A stretch of DNA of 59,577 nt, the filler included, from Sphacelaria rigidula (lineage: Eukaryota), in assembly GCA_964200075.2 (NCBI GenBank). It is 4 parts of 4 records of this genome, joined end to end, with 100 filler letters (N's around TTAATTAATTAA, not from the genome) between each part and the next. Parts side by side here need not be neighbours in the genome. Positions count along the whole stretch, not along the records: positions 29,842 to 44,660 come from CAXNAA020002030.1; positions 44,761 to 59,577 come from CAXNAA020002031.1; 2 more parts are not named here. One strand, written 5' to 3'. Below the pieces are notes generated by a model. That model had not been told where the DNA came from and did no database searches. It saw only the letters and a list, made by a program, of their open reading frames with translations. The position numbers and the translations under genes are program-made. How positions within the stretch are numbered: position 1 is the stretch's first letter; the number at the start of each line of letters is the position of its first letter. Positions 38,035-47,892 of this stretch are shown piece after piece.

Positions 38035-40074
38035 CAATTAGCCGAGCTTACGTGCCGCGCAGCAATACTTCACCTGTTCCATAATTGCCCACTTCCATTC
38101 CTCTCTGCGGATATCCTCGAGCCCGTCGGACGGCGCGGGCACCCATGTAGGATGAAGTGTTACTGGCTACACAAGCAAACTGCACATGGATGAGGACGGC
38201 ATTGTACTTTTTATCTACAAACCCACGCGGACACCTCAGCCAGACCGTCCCACCGGTAGATATGTTCGACTACTCGGTCGAGAACCATAGCACGTACCTG
38301 CCGATGCTGCCGCGACCGTGGGTCCTGCACCAGTGTAATTTCAACATTTCGATCAATATGATAACAATTCGGACGACCTAGTTCATCGAGCGATTTTACT
38401 GGTGGGTAGGTGTCGACCAAAATACCTGTTGGTGGGTATGTCGTTGTTTGATTTGTCAGGCGCGCAAAACGTCTGCCCAGACTGTGCGTTGACCAACCAT
38501 GTCCATGCCGCTCCTCTATGAGCCCGATGAAGTTATATCTTGGGACTGATTCGGACCGTTGCCGCTCATGAAGAATAGCAACAAGTACGTTTCGTTGATG
38601 ACTGATCGATTCAGTTGTCACTCCATCATGCATGCCGGACCCCCGGAAGTTGTTGTCCGTCGATGGCAAACATTTTTCTGGCAAATTTGTGTTGCGGTCA
38701 GTACACCACTGGGTTTCTATCGCATCTTTGTAAACCCGTACCACCCCTAAACGAACGGTGGAACGGAACGTGTTAACCATACGATGGCGCAAATGCTGTC
38801 AGCCTTCACAAACGAATGGCAAAACAGATTAGGATATGTGTGTGCCCTTATTCCCACTGAACTACAACAACTCGGCCCACACCGCCACCGGCCTCGCACC
38901 AAATAAAATTCACATTGGTCGCATGCCGCGGGTGCCATTGACCATATTCAAACGCCGCAACGTGGGCGATCATCAGAGTTTGGACCGGGATATCAGGGAT
39001 TATCAAGACCTTTTGAGTAATCGTCTGCGGTTGACGTATGATTTGGTGCGCGAGCAAAACCAAATCGATTTGGCAAAAGCGGTTAGTGCCAATGCCACGT
39101 TGGATGCGGTGATGCATAAGCGCCCAGTGTGAAAGGTAGGTGCATGAGCGTGGGTGTTCAAAGATGTACAGACGACTCGCCAAGGAGCCAGCGCAAGTAA
39201 GGATTCGCCGGATAAGGTGTTGAAGGCCAAGCTGTCCCTCAATTGGACTGGGTCGTGGAAAAAATTGGGTGTTGAGCCAAGTGCTACAGCACCGGATGAT
39301 CGACCCATCGGGGAAAACCTTTTGAACCTCGATTTCCCCACGGATAAAGCTGGGCCTCCGCAGAAAAATCGCGTGTCTGTTTTGCACTGTAAACCCTGCA
39401 CCGCCCCGCACGACACCACTGATCTGTCCAAACAATTGCCGTTAGGACTCAGCCAGTACGTATTGACGAGGTATGCCACCAAGTCGCCGCCTTTTCCTGT
39501 CACGGCTGAAGACGTTCAAGCCCCTGTGGAACGCGTGGTAGTCGATCATATCAGCGGACACCAACTGGTCCGCGGTCGTGGTGGTAAACTAGCAGTGATG
39601 TACCAGACGCATTGGAAAGGATTGATGCGGGTCACGTAAGAACGGGAAGTCGACTTGCGGCATTTCTGTAGAGAAATTATGCTGTACTGGGTAGACGACG
39701 TTGCGCAACACCGTCCGTTGAACCGAAGATACAGGTCTATGCGGAAAGGAGCGGCGGCACGAGAGCTGGCCCGGAAGCATTCGGCCCGGTTCGTCATGGC
39801 TGGCTGTAGCCTTGTTTCGCGTGCGCGATACTTGCTTTCTTTTTGCAGGAAACGTCTACAGAAAGGCGCGTACTTCTAGTACAAGGCGCAGGACTCTCTC
39901 TGGTGGCTGGGCAAGATTCACTTACCAGCACCTGACTCCGACAACGCACACTACATCCGCTTCCTCGATGACCCCGGCCCCCTGAAGCTCATTTCGGACG
40001 ATGCTTACTACACTGAAGCACCGTCCGCTCGCCGCGGGTCCTGTTGTCTCCAGTGTCATACGACGGCAACATAG
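38035..40074 (+). pseudogene. Decayed integrase with chromo-like and extra C-terminal domain
   Basis: ICQARKT..QTVR, NKYVSLMTDRFS, PNGGTERVNHTMAQML, YNNSAHTATGLAPN, VDHISGHQLVRGRGGKLAVMYQTHWKG; 38836-40074 is one frame with several stops. Confidence 0.85.
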
Positions 40075-40859
40075 ACGACGCCATTCTCCGGAATACTGAC
40101 AAGTCATGGAGAGAAGACGAGTCTTGATGCGTTCTGCCCTATTTTTCCCGTCGTGTCGCCAGTTTGCTTTTAGACGCCATGGCCGCAAACCCCCCTTATA
40201 ATTTTATTTCATTTTATTTTTTTGTTGCTGTGTGTGTGTATGTGTGTGTGTATGTGTGTGTATGCGCACAGTTATGTGCGTGTGTGCGTGTATATGTATT
40301 TGAGTGTATATATGCGCACACGTGTGTATGCGTATGCGCGTATTTGGGTATGTGTATGTGCATGTGTGTGTACCTGGCCCTGGTCGCGTTTCCATTTCAT
40401 TCTGGAGCCGCCGCATGTTGTAGGTCGGGTTGGACTGGTTCTGGAACTGTGATGCCCTTTTCCGAACACATTTGTGTCCCCAGACAAGGTGATACAAGCG
40501 CATTGGTATTAGCATTTTTTTTTTTCGTTCCGTTCCGACAGTTGGCTCGATCCACTGTCATAGCCCGCCGTGTGGTATATGTGAAGACCCCTCATTGAGG
40601 TTTTACATCCATCAACCCACCTAAAATTGGTGACCTGGTGATATCTTGAGAACGTTTGTGTGTTCATCGTATTGAGTTAGGAGTTGCGAATATCTCGCAA
40701 CTTCACTCTTCCGTCCTCGTTTGGCCCGACGTTTCTGGAGAACTAAGACTACGATTGTAGTCTCTCCCTCCACTGTCGTCCATTTTGTACTGAGATGCTC
40801 CCTGCACTTGTTCCTTGCTAGCTGTGAGAGTTTCAGCCAACTTTTTCTCTTTTTCAGTG

Positions 40860-41300
40860 TTTCGGATTTTCTTGTTTTTGTTCCTGCGTCTCTCCGACCT
40901 TCACGGAAGCCACCATCACAGGTGGTTCTACTGGCCTGTCGGACCCGAGACGACCTGTCTCTTCTTTCCAGCCCAACATTTGCGAAAACGGATGACCGAT
41001 ACCCCAAGGGCTTCCTCAGTAAATGTTACTCACGTAACCGGCTGCGTGTTCGACATTTGTGCCAACGGATGACCGATACCCCAAGGGCTTCCTCAGCACA
41101 TTGCCATGTGTCGGTGTCCATTATCCTTTTTTTTCTATCGTCTACTGTATTTTCTTGTTTTTGTTCCTGCGTCTCCACCACTTTCACTCCCTCGTGAATC
41201 GTTGGGCCCGAGACACCCCGTCTCTTCTCTTCAACCGAACATTTGTGAAAACGGATGACCGATACCCCAGGGCTTCCTCAGCAAATTGTCACGTGTTTTT
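40860..41300. repeat. Tandem/segmental repeats in LTR-element 3' UTR (3 copies of AACGGATGACCGATACCCCA(A)GGGCTTCCTCAG)
   Basis: Copies at ~40987, ~41064, ~41250. Confidence 0.85.
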
Positions 41301-41944
41301 GGGTATGAAGACGGTGGCTTTTGTTTGTCGGCGTGTGGGAAAACGGAGGACCACTCCCCTCGGACTTCCTCAGTACGCGCCGCGCGGCGATTATCGCTGC
41401 ACGATCCTGGAGCTTCAACAGGTCACTGCTGCCGCGCCTAGATCCTACACCACGAGCTCTCTCGTTGGTCTTTCCACCGGTATGAGTTTTTGCATACACT
41501 AAAGTGATGTCTTCTTGATCGTTATGCCTTGGCGGGCCCCTTGAAACCGATTAACGTAAAATCCTATCGCGAGTGTTGCGCTCCAACTTGATGATCGTTC
41601 GACTGTGGATCATACAGTTCCCGTTGCCTGAGGAATAGTTTGGTTTGTGTGGGCTTCCAGAGTGCTGGTATAGGTTGAATTTGACCGTCCGAGTGACTTG
41701 CTTGTCTTGTAGGTTGTGGTTGGCCGGCCAAGCGCCTCCTCTGCGTGTACCACAGCCTGGCTCATCGCGCAACAACAAGGACCCTGCGCCGGAGCTGGAA
41801 CCCCGCCATTTGCCATGATACAGGAGTTCTTCTTGACCCTTGTTTTATTGTCTTCCTATTTTTTGTGGTGTGGGAGATGATGGTAAAACGTGGCCCTTCG
41901 AAGCTCTTCGAGCGTCTGCATGCTCACCTTTTAGAGTGGGCTAT

Positions 41945-42583
41945 TGTTATGGTATTTGAAGGAACTGGCGTGGATAAGGTTCCGCAGCGCCCTGGGTGTC
42001 AGAGTAAATGAATGTTAGATATGACTCTCGGTCGGCTGTCAAGGCATGTCAGCTTGTTGGAAGATACAAATACTCGATGGGTGATACAGTATGGTTGACG
42101 TCTGCACATGGAATGATCATGTGCACGACGGATGGTATTCCCGGAACGTTCGTTGGATGGAGGATATCCGATCTTTGGTTATTTTATCATGATTAGTGAC
42201 GGATAGAATTCCAACGTAAGGTAGTCATACTGGCGCCCCGAGCGCATCTGAGCTCACTTCATTTTGGGCCCAGGATATCATCAGCCTTGCCGCCGTTGCT
42301 CTGAGTTCCAAGTGAGTCCTTACCGGAGAGTTGTGGTCTTGGGGAAACTACTGGGCTCCGGTTCGTATTGTGAATTATAAGGAGATAATCTATTTTGTTT
42401 TCGTGAACACCTGGATTCAATTGCTGCTGCTGTCATAGTATTGGATCTGTATAGATTTACTGCACCCTGCTGTGCACATCGCAACCTAGCACTCACAGCT
42501 TGAGCCTCTGTTCGTGAGAACATACAGGGCAAGGGTGGGCTGAGGCTGCCTTCTCCAAGGCGTTTACCCATAAGTTCATAATA
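41945..42583 (+). repeat. 3' LTR, preceded by short purine tract AGAGTGGG
   Basis: Direct repeat of 31939-32576. Confidence 0.95.
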
Positions 42584-44078
42584 CGGGTGCAATAGTAATT
42601 TGTTTGGTTATGCCCTTTTCATTGTCCATATCAAATTTCAGGGTCCAACTCTAAATATTGACCGGTTAATGGGCCTGCGAACTACAAATAATTCGCTTCT
42701 CGGCTGGCCCACCTCGTAGTCGGTACTTTTATTTATTTATGCTGCTGCTGCATCTCGGGAGGGTCGGTCGATCACGCTCTCGCCTTCCCAACTGCCCCTC
42801 CGTTTCACAGAGAGATTGTGAAAAAGATGTTACCGTATATGATAGTTGTGAACGCCATACACGGGCAGGCAGCATCATCCTGCTTCATTTTGCCGTCATG
42901 AGATTTCTAACAGCAACCGCAAAACCCGATAACAATGGGCCGTCGGGAGCTCTCCTAAATTCGAGGACTGTTAAAAAACAGTTCTTCGAAAATAATGGGA
43001 CTGACTGGTTGCACGACCGTTCACTACATACAGTTCATGACAAGGAGGAATAAACAACGTGGTTTCACTTTTGAAAGAGCCCCTGCAGGCTTCGGTGAGA
43101 TGAGGGTTGACGCCAAGAATACACGCCGTTCTCGACACAACATGCGTCAATTGATCCCAAACTTTGGACAGCGGCGGCCACTGATGTGACGAAGGATATG
43201 ACGCTGCCCTTTGGCATCTCACGTCAGAGTCACTCTAATGCACTGGCTTTACTGCGGAGACATTGCGGCTTCGGACCGCTGCCTGTAAAATGGGACCTAC
43301 CTGCCTCTCGAGGCATCAACCCTGACACTATAACCGAGAGAATCAAGAAGCTTCCAATTGCTCAGATGCTCTCACGCGTAGTAGCAACAGCCCGCTTCAC
43401 TCCTTGCGGCCTCCAGTCGGACGCTGCTACGGCAATGACCGATCAAGTGACCTGTTCCAGGAAGCGGGATGCTGGGCATGCCCCGCACATTTGTCATGTT
43501 CTAACTTTTCGAATCCGGCGTTGACAGGCAGGCCGAGGGGCCCCATATCGGGAAATCCATGAGCCACCCCCTCTTTCGCCGCACAAACCTCATTATGGGG
43601 TTGGAGGAGGGGGGGAAACCCAATTTTATGAGGAGGGGTACCCCCTGATCGCTGGATAATGGCGATAGTAGTTGCTGTACTGCACCACACGTGTTTGCCG
43701 GTAACGTCGGCCTGCGCCGGGTGTACCGAAACGGTAGGTGGTACTGTAGGGGTAAGTCGAAGCAAGTAGAGAAGAACATGTCCGCAGAAGCAGGGAGTGA
43801 AGGTCAAAGCGCTGAGGGTACCGGCGCTGGAACTGTGCCGTAGATTCCATATAGTCTTGCAAGGGGTGAACGTGAAGTGGTCGCAGTGCAGTATCAATTG
43901 CGATATGTAGATATAGGCGTTGTACGAACACGGCTGTCTGCCCAAACGCGGGCCAAGTACGTGATTCTCTGCAACTCACACATTGTGCACGTCAATAATA
44001 CCACAACATTTTTGTATCGGCTGGTAACACCACAGTCAACTTACGAGTACTGTATGTACGCTTCAGTCATTCAGTAGA

Positions 44079-44450
44079 GTCGGTCGCTCCGGTGGCTCAG
44101 TTGGTAACCTCGAAACCTTCTGACTGTTGAGTCGTGAGTTAAATTCTCGGAGCGATCTGGGATTTTTTGTCACACAATGTCCAACAGTGGAGAGGGACTA
44201 TGTCGTGGGTACACAAAAATTCGACCTAACGGCCGTCGAGGGAAAGGGACTGCCAAACCCCTCTCGCAATAAAAAATGAAGCTACGCACCGCAGAAGGAC
44301 GGTGGGGTATTAAAAACAAATGAGAAAGAAAAAGCTCCTGTGTAGACCTTCCTCCTGTCTGTGTGACCCCGGCTGGTGCGCACACATATACCGAAAGGTG
44401 TTGAACGGCGCCCAGAACAGATGAGAAGACAACACACACAACACAACACA
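44079..44450 (+). mobile_element. tRNA-derived SINE copy B (near full length)
   Basis: A-box GGTGGCTCAGTTGGT, B-box-like GAGTTAAATTC, conserved body, (CA/CAA)n tail. Confidence 0.8.
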
Positions 44451-44660
44451 GTGGCAGTACAGAACTGTTCGTCGTACACCGCCATCCTTAACATGGCGGC
44501 CGTATCACTGCGATAGTGTGCCAGGTCGGTAATAACAACCGGTCTTGCAAAAGCCAGCGGGACTCGGTATTCATTATCCAGTGATCACCGCGACCCAAAA
44601 GTCATTTTCCAGCCGGCAAAATTGCTCCCCGATCGCCACAAGAACAACTGACACACCAAA

Positions 44661-44760
44661 NNNNNNNNNNNNNNNNNNNNNNNNNNNNNNNNNNNNNNNN
44701 NNNNTTAATTAATTAANNNNNNNNNNNNNNNNNNNNNNNNNNNNNNNNNNNNNNNNNNNN
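44661..44760. other. Artificial contig linker
   Basis: N44-TTAATTAATTAA-N44. Confidence 0.97.
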
Positions 44761-45696
44761 TGTAGGGATGCGAGGTCTATGGTCTCATGACTATGGCATG
44801 CATGATCAGGAGTACACTCTTCGTTTGTAGTTTGTTCTTACGAGCCCGTAGCCTCGAAGCATCAACCCATCCATTCTTTTGTTCAAGATTTTTGCCACCT
44901 ATTTGCCCCCCGCGCCCTGGCTATCTAAAATAAGAATGGGACAGTACAGTTTGGTACAGTACATCATGCCGCCGCGCCCCAGTAGTCCAATGGTTTGATT
45001 GTTCGACTGTTGGATTGCTGGATTGTACCATGATGATGGACAAAACGTGGGTTCGAGACCCGGGACTTCGCCTTTTAATTCCAAGTATCTGATTTCCACC
45101 GTCGAAAGCGGGAGTGGATGAGTAAACAAAAGGTAGCTGGCTAAGTTCATATGAGGAGAGTTGGCGCGGTGCGGGGGTGCTGACCGAATTCGCAAGACCC
45201 AAGTGCAAGGCCTGTACCGGGGAGAAATGGGGTGATCCCCTGAAACCACGGATTCGTCCCGAGGAAGAGAGGTTTCAAGTGTGGCAAAGAAAAAAAAAGC
45301 AGGCAGCTAGGGTTTGAATGCGGACAGGCGCTTTTTCTTTCAACATAATATGATTTCCGTTGCTAAAAGCGTCAATACTTGAGAAGCAGGACCAACTCGT
45401 CCACAGTAAATGCGATCCGCGAGTGCTGATCCAATCCACTAAACCGGAAGCTCTGCCATGTACCGGAGGAGGGACAGGTTGATTCATCGAGACAACGAAC
45501 TGTTGCCGACGAAGAGTATCGGGGACCTTGCGGCGCCAGTTTAAAGGCTGTTTATTTTCTCTCCTCGCGTCTTGGTCTGGGGAATCAACCCACTCCTCAT
45601 ATGATACGTTCAAGTCTTCGAACGGACCTTTTCCGGTTCCATTTGTTTACCAAAACTCCACCATCCGATGCATTGTGAACAAACATACGTCTGCAG

Positions 45697-45951
45697 GCAA
45701 TCCGAGGGCGGCCGACGTGTTGGTGCTACTGGTCAGACCTAGGATGGTGCTATCACACCGAAGGAAAACAAGCTGCAGCTCTCAAAGCCTACACAAGGTG
45801 CGAGGAACTGTTAGAGGCCAAGTGCCAAGGCCATCGACCAGCGCAAAACGATAAGGATGCTGCTGATTCGGGACGAAGTGTGCAGCACCCGAGGGCGCCC
45901 GGGCTTGACGGAAGTGTTGACCTGGCTGCTCGTGTGCGCGTCAAGACTGAG
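45697..45951 (+). CDS. SKI3: SKI3/TTC37-like TPR protein exon
   Basis: AIRGRPTCWCYWSDLGWCYHTEGKQAAALKAYTR is a TPR resembling SKI3 AIRG.P....W..LG..Y...G...AA.KAY; TGCAG| and GAG|GT sites; 85 codons. Confidence 0.8.
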
Positions 45952-45974
45952 GTGCGTACCATTGGGCACAATTG

Positions 45975-45981
45975 TAGCAGC

Positions 45982-46015
<34 letters not shown>

Positions 46016-46025
46016 GTAGTACTAG
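45975..46025. repeat. (AGC)n microsatellite in intron
   Basis: Visible run. Confidence 0.85.
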
Positions 46026-46434
46026 CTTCTCAGCAATTGGTCGGGGCAGCGGGGTTCTCTCCACCTGTGTGCGGTCCAAAACTTCTCGCAATTTATACCC
46101 GCTTTTTAATTATGCCGTAGAATAGTCATTTGTGGATGAGCTCCTCAGTTATAGCGTCAGGATCGCCAGATTGAAGGTCGGCCGGCGATAGTGTTCCGAA
46201 AGGAGGTCTAGCGTCTCAGGGGTTGGAGTGCGGTGCCTCTTTCTCTTTGAAGGTGCTCAAATCGCATTCGTAGCGTCATCATGCGGTGGCAGCAGTGACA
46301 GCAGGCTGGCAAATCCGCCGCCGTGCGTGTTTCTTTTGAAATCATTGTTTCAGCAGCGTTATGGCAGACAAGTTGCAGGTATTCCAGACTTCGACACTCA
46401 TGTGTTGACGCCCTTCGTTCGTGCGCTTTTTCAA

Positions 46435-46551
46435 CCGTTTGGGATCCAGTGACGATTTTTGTTTTCGTGAATCGGCATCATTCTGAATTGAAAACGACTG
46501 AAAATGATGCCGATTCACGAAAACCGAAATCGTCACTGGGTTCCCAAAGGG
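46435..46551. mobile_element. ~117-bp palindromic MITE, TTAA-type
   Basis: TCAA-CCGTTTGGGATCCAGTGACGATTT..TTTTCGTGAATCGGCATCATT / AATGATGCCGATTCACGAAAA..AAATCGTCACTGGGTTCCCAAAGGG-TTAA. Confidence 0.8.
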
Positions 46552-47224
46552 TTAACATGCTGCTTCTTTGGAATTCTGCCGTGAAAGGACGATTCGTTGA
46601 TTGATTAATTGGGTAGTTTTGTCGAACTGCCATACCTTGTTCGCTGCTAGGCCAGCAGTGGTGAGCCGTGATGAGCCGTGGTGAGTGAGCAGCGTCCGAA
46701 AAGTGAAGGACGGGAACGCAGTCCCCGAAGGAATTCCGCTCTAGGAGATGAAAGTAACGGCACCATGAGATTGATTTTATTTAATTGATTTAACATGACA
46801 AGAGCGCAATAAAATTGGTTTGGCGTTTTTTTTATTGAAATGAATTGATTGTCACATATTTGCTTGTCCGGTACAAAGCAGTCGAGGTGTCAAGATGGAA
46901 GTACCCGAGGTCGCAAAACGCACACAATACGTTGGCTCAGATAGGAGACTCGATAAAATGGGGAAGGTGACGCCGAAAGTGGAGAACATGCAGGAGCTAA
47001 CGGGGGTAAGAAGGAAAATACCAGGCTATGGTCCATTTATACAGTATTAATAGTACTCCGACCTGTTCCGAGCGAATAGCAATGAAACACGCAACACACG
47101 AGGGAACAAGAAGAGGAAATAGAGAAGACATGTCACGGTATTGCGGGTACACGGCCCAAGGTCTTTTGTCATCAGCAGCTTACATTGGGATCCGAGACGA
47201 TGCTAGTATTCACGAGAAGTATAA

Positions 47225-47446
47225 GATTCGACTTAACGGTCGACGAGAGAAAGGGACTGCTAAACCCCTCTCGCGATAAAAATAAATAAAAGGCAAGTAC
47301 CGCAGATGGAAGGTGGGGTACTGAAAAAAAAAAAAAAACTCCTGTGTTGACCTTTCTCCTGTGTGACCCCGGCTGGTGCGCCCACATATACCGAAAGGTG
47401 TAGACCGGCGCCCAGAACAGATGGGACGACAACACACACACACACA
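47225..47446 (+). mobile_element. tRNA-derived SINE copy C (5'-truncated)
   Basis: Body CCCCGGCTGGTGCGCCCACATATACCGAAAGGTG..CCCAGAACAGATGGGACGACAACACAC shared with copies A and B. Confidence 0.8.
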
Positions 47447-47766
47447 TAAGATTGAAAAATGGATACATGTTTCCGCGAAGACTCTAGCGTCATTCGGCTT
47501 GGTTTCCTAAACGCGATCGCTCGGTACAGCTTGGCAATACCCTATCCACAGGCAGGTTTGATGCGCAAATACTTTAGGTGCAGATGTCGGAAGCTTCACG
47601 ACTAGGAGAACTAGTATACAAGTGTATCCAATGCTACGTTTAAAATATTGAGGTTTACCGCTAGCTGTGACACATGCCAAGTGTTGGAAACTTGAAATAA
47701 GAACTAAATACCGGCTTCGTTAAGCCTAATTATAACACCTGCAACTCTGTTTGCTACCCTGCACAG

Positions 47767-47892
47767 CTCGGCATCATCCATAGGCAGATCGGGCAGGTAG
47801 ATCAAGCCGTCGAGAGCTTTACGCAAGCCCTCGACCTGGACGACGAAAGCGGTATCGCCCTGCAAGGCGCTGGCGAGGCATATCTGGCACAG
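47767..47892 (+). CDS. SKI3: SKI3-like exon (TPR)
   Basis: LGIIHRQIGQVDQAVESFTQALDLDDESGIALQGAGEAYLAQ; phase 0/0; canonical sites. Confidence 0.85.

Larger units (their letters stand above)
31939..42583 (+). mobile_element. Ty3/Gypsy-type LTR retrotransposon, decayed and apparently lacking RT/RNaseH
   Basis: Two ~640-bp direct LTRs, PBS-like and PPT-like sites, protease motif, integrase CxxC and core, chromo-like C-terminus; order PR-(RT)-IN. Confidence 0.92.

Noticed and set aside
40985..41285. Hammerhead ribozyme (CTGAGGA on the minus strand)
   Set aside because: No stem II followed by GAAA, and no closing stems found.
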